From contig CAVYAN010000082.1 in NCBI GenBank assembly GCA_963766075.1, positions 1-27,498 of the forward strand: DNA of 27,498 nucleotides, written 5' to 3'. This document shows positions 8,585 through 18,419 of the stretch, one piece after another. Made by a program: the position numbers and the translations under genes. The notes under the pieces are model-generated. The model was not told the origin of the DNA, searched no databases, and saw only the letters and a list, made by a program, of their open reading frames with translations. Source of the stretch: an uncultured cyanobacterium. Its GTDB lineage: Bacteria > Cyanobacteriota > Cyanobacteriia > Leptolyngbyales > Leptolyngbyaceae. Position 1 is the stretch's first letter. Every line of letters starts with the position of its first letter.

Positions 8585-11500
8585 CTAGGAATTAGAGGCA
8601 GCGGTGAGGTCAATGCCCAAAACTTGGGTATAGGCCCCTCGGGCCTGGGTGACGCCGATCGTGCGCTGGGCCGCTTCGATCATCGGGCGGCGCAGGCTGA
8701 CGACGATGAATTGGGCCAGCTCGGCTTGGCGCTTGACCATGCGGGAGAGGCGCTCGACATTGGCTCCATCCAGGAACATATCGACTTCGTCAAAGGCGTA
8801 GAAGGGCGAGGGGCGGTAGCGCTGGAGCGCAAAGATGAAGCTGAGGGCGGTGAGGGATTTTTCGCCGCCGGACATGGAGGCGAGGCGCTGGACGGGCTTG
8901 CCTTTGGGATGGGCAACCAGGTTAAGGCCGCCGTTGAAGGGATCGTTGGGATCTTCCAGGTGCAGGTGGCCATCGCCTTCGGAGAGGGTGGCAAAGATGG
9001 ATTGGAAGTTGGTGTTGACGGCGTCGTAGGCTTCTTTGAAGGCGCGCTGGCGCAGGGTGGTGAAGTTTTCGATGCGGAGCAGGAGTTCGGTACGTTCTTC
9101 TTCCAGGGTGCTGAGTTTTTCGGTGAGTTCCTGGAGGCGCTGCTGGGTGCGATTGTATTCCTCTAGGGCCAGCATGTTCACGGGTTCCATGGCTTGGATG
9201 CGTTTTTGCAGCGATCGCACCTGGTGCTGCAACTCCACTAAATCCTGAGGGGCATCCTCGGGAATTTCTGGCAGGGGTTGGGGCAATTCTGCGCCTTGGG
9301 CGGCCAGTTGCTCTTCCAGGGTGACCAGTTCCTGACGGCGAGTGGCTTGGGTTTCCTGGATTTTTTGCTGCTGCCACTCGATTTGCTGCTGCTGGGTGTG
9401 CTGCTCGCGGAGCTGGCGCTCAACGCGATCGCGCCCTTGTTTTTCCTGGCCCAAGCGCTGTTCGAGTTCGGCCAAGGCGGCCTTGGTTTCAGTGATTTGG
9501 CTGCTGAGGGTGGCGTGCTCAGAGTCCAGAGCATTGTGCTGTTGAAGTTGGAGGGTTTGTTGGTCGCGGAGTTCTTGCAGGCGGACTTGACTTTGCTGGA
9601 AACGTTCTTGTAGGCGGTGTTGCTGGTTGGTCAGGTCTTGGAGGTGCTGTTCCAGGGTGCGCAGGGCAATCTCTTTTTCACTGAGGGTAGCTTCCTGGGC
9701 CCGCAGGGTGGTTTGCAACTGCTGCCATTCGCTGTGGGTGTGGGATTGTTCCAACTCGGCAAGGGTTTGGCGCAGGTCGTGCAGGGTCTGTTCCTGGGCC
9801 GGAATTTCGCGGTGTAGGGTTTGGAGGCGGGTTTGGGCGCTGGTGAGTTCCTGTTGGGTCTGGCTGTGTTGGGTCTGGAGTTGTTGGTGCCGGGTTTCCA
9901 GTTGGCGCAGGTCTTTGGTGAGTTGGGCGGCTTGGAGTTCAGCTTCCCGGTGCTGTTGGCGCATTTGGGCCAGTTCATCGCCGCGCTGTTTGGCGGTAAC
10001 GCTGGCTTGGGCAATGCTGTTTTCGCAGCGCTCCAGGATTTTTTCGATGGTTTTGAGGCGATCGCGCAGTTCCACCACCTCCACCGACTCCGCCGGAGCG
10101 ACGGTGCCAAAGTGTAGGGACGATCGCGTATTCACACTGCCTCCGGTCATCGCCCCACTGGTTTCCAGCAGTTCTCCGTCGAGGGTGACGATGCGGTAAT
10201 CGCCCAGGTGGCGGCGAGCGGCGCTGAGGGTTTCAAACACGACGGTGGTGCCAAAGACGTAGGCAAAGATCTCCCGGTAGCGCGGCTCAAAGTCCACGAG
10301 ATTGAAGGCAAAATCGATACAGCCGGAGAGGTTGCGGAGTTCGCCTTTATGCGGGCTGCGGCCTCCCTGAATTTTGGTGAGGGGCAGGAAGGTGGCGCGT
10401 CCGGCCCGCTTTTGCTTGAGTAGCTCAATGCCAGCGGCGGCGATCGCATCATCGTCCACCACCAGAAAGCCCAATCGTCCGCCAGCGGCGGTTTCCAGGG
10501 CCAGTTGAAAACGGGGATCGACCCGTCCCAACTGGGCGACCATGCCACAGACCCCCGGCAAGTCCGAATTGAGGATAAGTTGGGTCGCGTGCGTACCCTG
10601 AGCCTCCTGCATGGCCTGGGTTTGGGCTTCCAGCTTGTCCAAGCGGCGCTGCTTGTCTCGCTGTTCCTGTAACAGGCGGGTTTGGGTTTCCTGTTGCAGG
10701 GCTAATTCCGAGGCGGCATTGGCAACAACGGTGGCTAGGGTTTGTCCCGTTTGCACTGAAGCGGCGACGGTGGCATCTAACTCGGTTTTCTGTTGCTGCT
10801 GGGTGGCAAGCTGTTGGGTGATCGCCGCCAGTTCCTCGGTTTGCTCCTGATGTTGCCGGTCGAGTAAGGTCACCCGTTCGCTGAGTTGGGCCTGGGAGCG
10901 CTGTTGGGGTTCTAGGGTATGCAGAATCGTGTCGATTTGGTGGCGCAGAGCAGTTTGTTCCTGGACCCAAGCTTCGGCATGGGCGGCGGAGGCATTGGCG
11001 GCATCTCGCAATTCGGTCAGGCGGACTTGGGCCTGGTCGCGATCCCCCTGGCGCGTTGTCACCTGGGTCATTTCGCGCCGATGGGTTGCGTCTAACTCGG
11101 CTAACGTTTTGCTATGGGTGGCTAATTCCTGCTGGGTACGGGCAATGTGGGCGGCGGCCTCCTGACTAGCGGTGCTGAGTTCCTGCTGTTGGCGTTCCAG
11201 TTGGCGCAGTTCGGCCTCGCGGGTGGCCAGGGTGGATTGCAGCGCCAACTGCTCTTCTTCGCCGAGGGCCTTGACGCGGGCATTCAGGATTTCCAGCTCG
11301 GCGGTTGTGGCATGGACCGTCGTGACGATCGCTGCATGCTGAACGGCCAATTCCTCCAGCTTAGCGGTGTCCTGCTGAATCTGCGATCGCAACTGGTCCA
11401 CGGCCTGGGCCGACTGGCGGTAGCGAATCACCACTTCCCACTGTTCTTTGGTATGCAGTTCCGCCCGTAGCTTTTGGTACTTTTCAGCTTTGATCCGATC

Positions 11501-12277
11501 CTGGGCGAGGCGATCGCGCTGCTCAATTAATTCTTTCTCGACGATGTGGTAGCGATCTTCTCGATCCTTGACCGCATCCATTTTTTCCTTGGCCTGATTG
11601 ATTTTGCGATCGAAGGTAGCCACGCCCGCCAGTTCATCAATAATTTCCCGCCGCTCGCGGGGGTTCATCGAAATAATCCGGGTGACGTCCCCCTGAAGCA
11701 CCACGTTGTAGCCTTCGGGATGGATGCGCAGGCGGGAAAGCTCCTCGTGCAGTTCGGTGAGAGTACAGGGTTCGCTGTTGATTAAATAGTTAGAGGTGTA
11801 GGTGCCCTGTTGGGTAACGCGCAGCTTGCGGGTGACACTCCATTCGGTGAGGTTGCGGAAGCGATCGCTGGCTGTTTCTGGAACCCCCTCGGCAACTGTG
11901 TCCACAGGTGTAGCGGGACCGTGGCTGCCATTGCTGCCGTTGCCCACCTCCCCCAGGCTCAGGTTCTCCCCCACCTGCCGCTCAATGATATCCTCCAGGA
12001 TTTCCGGTTCGTCGGACAGGTCAAAGGTAACGGTAACGCTGGCCTCGATCGTCGAGCGGCTGCGGGCACTTTGGGTCGAATTGACCAAGTCCGGCAGGCG
12101 TTCGGCCCGCATGCCCTTAGAACCGGCTAAACCCAAACAAAACAGCAGCGCGTCAATTAAATTGGATTTTCCGGAGCCGTTGGGGCCAGAAATGACAGTA
12201 AACCCTTGCACAAAGGGAACTGCCGTTGTGCCACCGAAGGATTTGAAGTTTGTCAGTTCGATGCGCTTGATGAACAC
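8585..12277 (-). CDS. smc: Chromosome segregation protein SMC
   Basis: NFKSF, Walker A GPNGSGKSN, coiled coils, hinge GRATFLPL...GAMTGG, signature MSGGEKSL, Walker B FDEVDMFLD; GTG start. Confidence 0.98.
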   Translation of the reverse strand: MFIKRIELTNFKSFGGTTAVPFVQGFTVISGPNGSGKSNLIDALLFCLGLAGSKGMRAERLPDLVNSTQSARSRSTIEASVTVTFDLSDEPEILEDIIERQVGENLSLGEVGNGSNGSHGPATPVDTVAEGVPETASDRFRNLTEWSVTRKLRVTQQGTYTSNYLINSEPCTLTELHEELSRLRIHPEGYNVVLQGDVTRIISMNPRERREIIDELAGVATFDRKINQAKEKMDAVKDREDRYHIVEKELIEQRDRLAQDRIKAEKYQKLRAELHTKEQWEVVIRYRQSAQAVDQLRSQIQQDTAKLEELAVQHAAIVTTVHATTAELEILNARVKALGEEEQLALQSTLATREAELRQLERQQQELSTASQEAAAHIARTQQELATHSKTLAELDATHRREMTQVTTRQGDRDQAQVRLTELRDAANASAAHAEAWVQEQTALRHQIDTILHTLEPQQRSQAQLSERVTLLDRQHQEQTEELAAITQQLATQQQQKTELDATVAASVQTGQTLATVVANAASELALQQETQTRLLQEQRDKQRRLDKLEAQTQAMQEAQGTHATQLILNSDLPGVCGMVAQLGRVDPRFQLALETAAGGRLGFLVVDDDAIAAAGIELLKQKRAGRATFLPLTKIQGGRSPHKGELRNLSGCIDFAFNLVDFEPRYREIFAYVFGTTVVFETLSAARRHLGDYRIVTLDGELLETSGAMTGGSVNTRSSLHFGTVAPAESVEVVELRDRLKTIEKILERCENSIAQASVTAKQRGDELAQMRQQHREAELQAAQLTKDLRQLETRHQQLQTQHSQTQQELTSAQTRLQTLHREIPAQEQTLHDLRQTLAELEQSHTHSEWQQLQTTLRAQEATLSEKEIALRTLEQHLQDLTNQQHRLQERFQQSQVRLQELRDQQTLQLQQHNALDSEHATLSSQITETKAALAELEQRLGQEKQGRDRVERQLREQHTQQQQIEWQQQKIQETQATRRQELVTLEEQLAAQGAELPQPLPEIPEDAPQDLVELQHQVRSLQKRIQAMEPVNMLALEEYNRTQQRLQELTEKLSTLEEERTELLLRIENFTTLRQRAFKEAYDAVNTNFQSIFATLSEGDGHLHLEDPNDPFNGGLNLVAHPKGKPVQRLASMSGGEKSLTALSFIFALQRYRPSPFYAFDEVDMFLDGANVERLSRMVKRQAELAQFIVVSLRRPMIEAAQRTIGVTQARGAYTQVLGIDLTAASNS

Positions 12278-12528
12278 GAGGGGTCAAACTTGCCGGGGGA
12301 TCAGCAAAACAGTGTTTAGTGTAGCGGGTAGATGGGGGTTTGCACGGAAAGTTTGCTCGGTAGTTCTCCGTAATTATAGTGATAGCACACTAAAACGGAT
12401 GTTCTAAAGGGACGCGTGCTGGAATGGGGGAAGAAATTAAAAAAGCCCTTCCTACAAACCTCTCCTAAAGGTGGCTTCTGAAAGGTGGGCTCGATCAACG
12501 GTTGCAATCTTGGATGCTGTGTTTCTAT

Positions 12529-13140
12529 TCAGCCTTCCCGTAAATAGCCTGCTGCGACACAGTCATCCAAAACCGACTGGATGTAATGCCACAGTGGCGG
12601 GGCACCCTGTTGCAGGGGCTCAAGCCGGTGGGTGACCCGATCGCGGGTAATCCCATGCTGCTGCCAAGTGCCCCCCTGGGTTTGCTGATTGTGCAGTACG
12701 GGTTGGAGCCGATCTAACGCGGCGGCGAATTGAGCATCGGGGGTGGTGCGGGCCTCAAATTCTTCCCACAGGGCGCGAAATTCGGTGGCTTGGTCGGGGG
12801 GCAGGAGGCCAAACAGGCGATCGGCGGCGCTCTGTTCGCGATCGCGCTTGTCCAGGTTGCCCTGGGTGTCGTAGCAAAACGTATCCCCGGCATCAATTTC
12901 CACGAGATCGTGTAACAGCAGCATTTTCATCACCCGCAGCACATCAAGCGGACCCGGCGCATATTCCGCCAAAATCATCGCCATCAGAGCAATATGCCAG
13001 GAATGTTCAGCACTATTTTCCCGCCGCGAACTATCCGTTAGCAGGGTTCGTCGCAGCACGGTTTTCAGCTTGTCGATTTCTACAATGAATTGAATTTGTG
13101 CGGTCAGGCGGTGGGATGGGGGCGCAGAGGTATGAGTCAT
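12529..13140 (-). CDS. HD-domain phosphohydrolase (HD_3 / 5'-deoxynucleotidase-like)
   Basis: ENSAEHSWH, LLHDLVEIDAGD, LWEEFE, LDRLQP; its ATG directly abuts the map stop codon. Confidence 0.9.
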   Translation of the reverse strand: MTHTSAPPSHRLTAQIQFIVEIDKLKTVLRRTLLTDSSRRENSAEHSWHIALMAMILAEYAPGPLDVLRVMKMLLLHDLVEIDAGDTFCYDTQGNLDKRDREQSAADRLFGLLPPDQATEFRALWEEFEARTTPDAQFAAALDRLQPVLHNQQTQGGTWQQHGITRDRVTHRLEPLQQGAPPLWHYIQSVLDDCVAAGYLREG

Positions 13141-13923
13141 TTATCCGGGATAGGGGGTCAGAATTTCTACACCATCATCAGTGACGGCGATCGTGTGCTC
13201 ATACTGGGCGGAAAGCTTGCCATCTTCGGTGACCGCAGTCCACTCATCCGCCATCAGCACCACTTCGTGTGTTCCTTCGTTAATCATGGGTTCAATGGTG
13301 AACACCATTCCCGGACGCAGCTTGCGCCCGGTGCCGCGCTTGCCATAGTGGGGAATTTGCGGCGCGGTATGAAAAACCTGGCTAATCCCATGCCCGACAA
13401 AATCCTCGACCACCGAAAAGCCCTGCGATTCGGCGTATTCCTGAATCGCGGCTCCAATATCACCAATCCGAGCCCCCGGTTTTACCGCGTCAATCCCCAA
13501 TTGGCGGCATTTTTCAGTGACCTCGACGAGGCGGCGCGCCACCGGAGACGGTTCACCGACAAAATACATCCGGGAGGTATCCCCGTGGTAGCCATCTACA
13601 ATTAGCGTGACATCAATGTTGAGAATGTCGCCGTTTTTGAGCACCTGCTTCTTGTGGGGAATCCCGTGGCACACGACGTCGTTCACACTGGTGCAAATGG
13701 ACTTTGGAAAACGGGTTTTGCCGGATCCCTTGTAGCCTAGGGGCGCGCTTTTAGCCCCATGGGCCTGGGTCCATTTTTCGGCAAAGTCGTTCAGTTCTAG
13801 AGTCGTCACGCCCGGTTTGACCCGGTCGGCCAGTTCCCGCAGCAGTTCTGCGGCCAGATGTCCAGCACGGCGCATTTTTTCGATTTCGCGTTTCGAGAGC
13901 AGGGTGATAACTTCGGTTTCCAT
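13141..13923 (-). CDS. map: Type I methionine aminopeptidase
   Basis: CTSVNDVVCHGIP, NIDVT, GYHGDTSR, GHGI, FTIEPMIN, SAQYEHT. Confidence 0.97.
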   Translation of the reverse strand: METEVITLLSKREIEKMRRAGHLAAELLRELADRVKPGVTTLELNDFAEKWTQAHGAKSAPLGYKGSGKTRFPKSICTSVNDVVCHGIPHKKQVLKNGDILNIDVTLIVDGYHGDTSRMYFVGEPSPVARRLVEVTEKCRQLGIDAVKPGARIGDIGAAIQEYAESQGFSVVEDFVGHGISQVFHTAPQIPHYGKRGTGRKLRPGMVFTIEPMINEGTHEVVLMADEWTAVTEDGKLSAQYEHTIAVTDDGVEILTPYPG

Positions 13924-14119
13924 GGTCGCTGATGATACTCGTGCAACAAAAAATCAGAGGGTTGAAAAATCAGAGGGTTGAATTAGGTCTTGAACAAGTT
14001 TGACGTTGGACAATAGTGTGTGCGATCGGCTCTGGGTCTGACTCAGATCCGCTGGACTTAAGATCTGATGGACACGGAGTAGGACGGGGATTGGCCAATC
14101 TGGCCGAGGGATTTGTGGC

Positions 14120-14335
14120 TTAGACCTCTATCCTAGCGGCTTCTGGAACCGACTTTGGACTCGGAGAAAAACGAGTCGCAATCACCGGCCTAGAGGCTAC
14201 CCCCTGCGGCGGGGATTGTCCACGGCCAATGTGAGCAAGGGGGTTAAATAATACCGTGTCAAGGTGGGATTGGTGGAGAAAATCCGCCATCTGGCGGACG
14301 AAACCTTCTCCCTTTTGACGGATAATCCTGGTCAT
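14120..14335 (-). CDS. Possible small hypothetical protein (71 aa, MTRIIRQKGEGF...)
   Basis: ATG ORF co-oriented with argJ and map in a ~670-nt gap; no recognisable motif. Confidence 0.3.
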   Translation of the reverse strand: MTRIIRQKGEGFVRQMADFLHQSHLDTVLFNPLAHIGRGQSPPQGVASRPVIATRFSPSPKSVPEAARIEV

Positions 14336-14421
14336 CCTAAGGGATTTCACCGCAGTTATGCGGGAAGTCTTGCAGTGAAGTACAGTCCAGATCAGCTTAG
14401 AGAGACGTTAACACCGTCGCC

Positions 14422-14467
14422 AAAGAAGGGGGAATGGCCTTCCAGAACGCCTCTCTCCCCCTTCTTT
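14422..14467. terminator. Stem-loop downstream of argJ
   Basis: Perfect 12-bp inverted repeat AAAGAAGGGGGA/TCCCCCTTCTTT. Confidence 0.55.
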
Positions 14468-14590
14468 AAAATTGATTAAAAGTGAGAGATTTGGGTTTAA
14501 AGGTTGGATGGGTGGGAATTCCCATTCTCTCCCCAAGGTTTCTCTTGCGCACACCTAGGTCGCCCTGCCGGGATCCACCCACAGAGTGGA

Positions 14591-15832
14591 TTAGGTCGTG
14601 TATTCAGCATTGATTTTAACGTAATCATAACTGAGGTCACAGCCCCAAGCGGTGCCTGTGCCAGGACCGCTGCCAAGGCTGACTCGGATCAGTACCGTGT
14701 CGTCCTGTAGATAGGCTCCCGATGCCGCAGTTTTGAGGTAGGCATTGGCAGCGCTGCGATCAAACGGTTGGGGTTGGCCGTTCTGCATCATCAGAAAGTC
14801 TCCTAGGTAGATTTGTAGATCGTCCTGGTTGAACAAAACGCCAGCGCGTCCTGCTGCCCCCGCAATTCGGCCCCAGTTAGGATCCCGGCCAAAGATTGCT
14901 GATTTAGTCAGGGATGACCCGGCAATGGCGCGGGCGACTTGGCGAGCCGACCTGTCGTCGATCGCACCGGATACTTGGACTTCGATTAAACAGGTCGCAC
15001 CTTCGCCGTCGCGAGCGATCGCCTTGGCCAAGTACATACAGACTTCGGTTAGCATGGCTTCTAGCTTTTCCGCCTCTGGCCCCATGTCGGTAATCGCTGG
15101 GGTGCGGGACTGCCCATTGGCCAGGGCGATCAGGGAATCATTGGTGCTGGTATCGCCATCGACTGTGATTTGATTGAAGCTTTTGTCTGCAGCACGACTT
15201 AACATTTGCTGCCAGAGGTGCGGCGATACCACGGCATCACAGGTCACAAAGGCCAACATCGTGGCCATATTGGGATGAATCATGCCGGAGCCCTTGGCAA
15301 TGCCCCCCATACGCACGGGGCGATCGCCCAGCAGCATTTCTAGGGCGATCGTCTTAGGCACTAAATCCGTTGTCATAATCGACCGCGCAGCACTGTCTCC
15401 ACCGGTGGCGGAGAGAGTTTCGACCAATGTTGGCAAACTGGCTTTCAGGATATCCAGTTTAATGCGTTGCCCAATTACGCCTGTGGACGCCAGCAGGACG
15501 GACTCGGGGTCAATCTGCATCACTTGGGCGAGGGATTCGGCACAGTCGATCGCATCTTTCCATCCCTGGGATCCCGTGGCGGCATTCGCTTGGCCTGCAT
15601 TACACAGAATGGCGCGGGCAGAGGGCTTCGTTTGGAGGCGATCGCGACAGTAACTAACGGGCGCAGCACAGACTTGATTGGTGGTGAATACCCCAGCGGC
15701 GATCGCATCGACATCGGATACAATCAACGCCAAATCTGGTAACCCCGAGGGCTTCAGCCCTGCCGTAATGCCCACCGCTTGGTAGCCCTTGGGGGCTGTA
15801 ATCCCCCCTGAAATCACTTGCCACTCTGCCAT
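14591..15832 (-). CDS. argJ: Bifunctional ornithine acetyltransferase / N-acetylglutamate synthase
   Basis: NAGQANAATG, STGVIG, KGSGMIHPNMATML (autocleavage Thr), DGDTSTND, DGEGAT, DPNWGR, INAEYTT; purine-rich SD before ATG 15832. Confidence 0.97.
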   Translation of the reverse strand: MAEWQVISGGITAPKGYQAVGITAGLKPSGLPDLALIVSDVDAIAAGVFTTNQVCAAPVSYCRDRLQTKPSARAILCNAGQANAATGSQGWKDAIDCAESLAQVMQIDPESVLLASTGVIGQRIKLDILKASLPTLVETLSATGGDSAARSIMTTDLVPKTIALEMLLGDRPVRMGGIAKGSGMIHPNMATMLAFVTCDAVVSPHLWQQMLSRAADKSFNQITVDGDTSTNDSLIALANGQSRTPAITDMGPEAEKLEAMLTEVCMYLAKAIARDGEGATCLIEVQVSGAIDDRSARQVARAIAGSSLTKSAIFGRDPNWGRIAGAAGRAGVLFNQDDLQIYLGDFLMMQNGQPQPFDRSAANAYLKTAASGAYLQDDTVLIRVSLGSGPGTGTAWGCDLSYDYVKINAEYTT

Positions 15833-15953
15833 TGTTGCCTCTCCCCTGTGTTGCATAACGTACGAAAGGGGATTATAGCGATTCTAGGTCAGTCTGTCAG
15901 TTTGTTCCGGCGTATATCTCGCTCGGGTATGTTGAGTCGAGTGCATTTAAAAG

Positions 15954-16002
15954 AAAAAAGGGGAGTGCTTTGCGCCTCCCCCTATCATCAGGGTGCATCT
16001 AC
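15954..16002 (-). ncRNA. Candidate ~50-nt small RNA
   Basis: Minus-strand -10 TACTAT (16008-16013), short body TAGATGCACCCTGATGATA, then a GGGGAG..CTCCCC hairpin and T6. Confidence 0.45.
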
Positions 16003-16325
16003 TTAACATAGTATGCCACCTTAGGGGTGAGGGGTAACACCCCTTTTATGTTTTTTCCGCAAAATCTGTCCGTAAAATCAATGAATATATGAAGTTCCGG
16101 TAACGCTAATTTCAGTAGTAATGCGCTGGTCAACCGCTGAAACTACTGCCACTCCTATGGTAATTCCATAACCGGGACATCCTGAAAAGATTCTGGGACA
16201 AGCGGTTGCCTGGGGTTAAATTTTTCGGGCGTTATTGTCTGGGGCATTAGATGTTGGGTTCTAGGTTTAGCGGCAAAAAATTGAGCAGTAAACATTTTGC
16301 TGCAAAAACTTGTTCCCAATAAATT

Positions 16326-16359
16326 AAGACCGAGGGTCGCAATCGCGACCCTCGGTCTT
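16326..16359 (-). terminator. Hairpin downstream of hemL
   Basis: Perfect 15-bp stem AAGACCGAGGGTCGC-AATC-GCGACCCTCGGTCTT. Confidence 0.8.
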
Positions 16360-16404
16360 GGACGACAATTTTTAAGCAGGCGGCTGATGCCCTACAACCA
16401 AATC

Positions 16405-17703
16405 CTATAAACTAGACATTACAGTCCGGGCCGCCGCCAGCGTTTTGTCAATATCCGCGTCAGTATGCGCTAGGGATGTGAAACCCGCCTCAAACTGAGA
16501 GGGAGCCAGGTAGATTCCCTGCTCCAGCATGCCACGGTGGAAGCGGCTGAACTTGCTCAAATCTGACAGTTTGGCATCTTCAAAGTTATGTACTGGCCCT
16601 GCTGTAAAGAAAAAGCCAAACATGCCACTAATATTGCCCCCGCAAGCGGCGTGGCCAGTTTCCCGAGCAACTTGCAGCAGGCCATCAGCCAGACGCTTGG
16701 TCACCGCTTCCAAATACTCATAGCTTCCCGGCTGTCGTAGAATTTCCAGGGTTTTAATTCCAGCGGTCATGGCCAACGGATTACCGGACAAGGTGCCTGC
16801 TTGGTACATGGGGCCAGCCGGGGCAACCATGGACATGATTTCCTGCCGCCCCCCGTAAGCGCCCACAGGCAACCCGCCGCCAATTACCTTGCCAAGGGTG
16901 GTCAGGTCAGGGGTAATGCCGAACTTTTGCTGGGCTCCCCCATAGGCAATCCGGAACCCAGTCATCACTTCGTCAAACACCAGCAAGGCCCCGTGCTCGC
17001 GGGTAATTTCTCGCAGCCCTGCCAAAAAGCCCGCATCGGGAACAATGAACCCCGCATTGCCGACTACCGGTTCCAGGATTACGCCACAAATTTCGCCCGG
17101 ATTCTCGGCAAATAGAGCTTTGACTGCTTCCAAATTATTGTAGGGGGCGGTGAGGGTTGAGGCCGCAGTGGATTTGGGCACGCCGGGGGAGTCGGGTAAG
17201 CCCAGAGTCGCCACGCCAGAGCCCGCTTTGACCAGGAACATATCGGCATGGCCGTGGTAGCAGCCTTCAAATTTGATTACCTTTTCACGCCCGGTAAAGG
17301 CTCGCATTAACCGCAACACTGCCATGCAGGCTTCGGTGCCGGAGTTGACGAAGCGGACCATTTCGACGCTGGGTACGGCATCAATCACCATTTCGGCAAG
17401 GGTGTTTTCCAAGGCGCAGGGGGCCCCAAAGCTAGTACCTTTTTCGGCAGCCTCTTGAATGGCTTTGATCACAGTGGGGTGGGCGTGGCCACAGATGGCG
17501 GGGCCCCAAGTGCCCACATAGTCGATGTATTGGTTACCATCTACATCCCAGGCATAGGCATCTTTGACGTGATCAAACACAATGGGTTGTCCACCGACGG
17601 ATTTAAAAGCGCGTACGGGGGAACTAACGCCACCGGGCATCAAATGCTGGGCGGCGGAAAAAATTTCTTCTGATTTTGTGGTTTTCAAGGGGGTAGTGAT
17701 CAA
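16405..17703 (-). CDS. hemL: Glutamate-1-semialdehyde 2,1-aminomutase
   Basis: [37 protein letters not shown] lysine in [21 protein letters not shown] start with AAGGAG SD. Confidence 0.97.
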   Translation of the reverse strand: MITTPLKTTKSEEIFSAAQHLMPGGVSSPVRAFKSVGGQPIVFDHVKDAYAWDVDGNQYIDYVGTWGPAICGHAHPTVIKAIQEAAEKGTSFGAPCALENTLAEMVIDAVPSVEMVRFVNSGTEACMAVLRLMRAFTGREKVIKFEGCYHGHADMFLVKAGSGVATLGLPDSPGVPKSTAASTLTAPYNNLEAVKALFAENPGEICGVILEPVVGNAGFIVPDAGFLAGLREITREHGALLVFDEVMTGFRIAYGGAQQKFGITPDLTTLGKVIGGGLPVGAYGGRQEIMSMVAPAGPMYQAGTLSGNPLAMTAGIKTLEILRQPGSYEYLEAVTKRLADGLLQVARETGHAACGGNISGMFGFFFTAGPVHNFEDAKLSDLSKFSRFHRGMLEQGIYLAPSQFEAGFTSLAHTDADIDKTLAAARTVMSSL

Positions 17704-17932
17704 AGGGGGTCTCCTTTAAGGTGCTTCATAAGAAGAACTATGGGTTATTCCCCGAACTATGGGTTATTTCCCATAGAGGGGTGACAGGGGCGATCGAATC
17801 ACGTATCACATTTGGGTTTATCGATTATCACACTTGACGGCACGCAGGTGAAGGCCACCCGTGCGGGTGCTCCTTCGGGTTAGACAACCTGTAAAGAAAG
17901 TTGGGCGATCGCCTTCTCGCCCTGCCGGATTC

Positions 17933-17941
17933 TGCTATGAT
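17933..17941 (+). promoter_or_regulatory. Extended -10 element for tRNA-Thr
   Basis: TGcTATGAT, 15 nt upstream of the mature tRNA. Confidence 0.55.
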
Positions 17942-17956
17942 TATCAGATATTTATT

Positions 17957-18028
17957 GCCGATGTGGCTCAGGGGTAGAGCACTCGATTCGTAATCGAGCG
18001 GTCGTGGGTTCAAATCCCACCATCGGCT
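17957..18028 (+). tRNA. tRNA-Thr(CGT); probable island integration site
   Basis: Acceptor stem GCCGATG/CATCGGC, anticodon arm CTCGA-TTCGTAA-TCGAG, T-arm GGTTCAAATCC. Confidence 0.97.
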
Positions 18029-18419
18029 TTCTAGTAAAATCGCTGGTTTCCAGGGTTTGGCGGGGCTTCCAGGCTCCGCCATTGTTGTTTCTAATCTGAC
18101 CTCATACTGAATTGTGTGATCATGTTTGGTCAGTTTGGGGCATCGGTGGAGATAAAGGTAGAGATAAAGATTTAACGAGAGCAAAAAACGCCCGTTTTTG
18201 GGGTTGAGGAGGCTCTCATATGTAAATATTTGTGAAATCCATTCACTCTGAAAGTGAAATGCGTTGCTGTGGCTGGCTTTCAGGATTTACCATAACTTTT
18301 CAACTTTCTCCTTCAGTTGCGGTATAGTTCAAATAAGCGGAGTCGAATTTAATCCAGCAACGCAGGTCGCTTTCCTTGATTCAAAGTCGTTACTTTTTGA
18401 ATTTTGGAGATCTGTGTTT

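Noticed and set aside
11860..12020. Insertion in the SMC head as an intein
   Set aside because: Short, low-complexity and without splicing motifs; a variable loop typical of cyanobacterial SMC.
8486..12407. Long antisense and alternate-frame ORFs over smc and other core genes
   Set aside because: Shadow ORFs of GC-rich coding sequence with no motifs.
17828..18184. 118-aa minus-strand ORF
   Set aside because: Antisense translation of tRNA-Thr (WWDLNPRPLDYESSALPLS).
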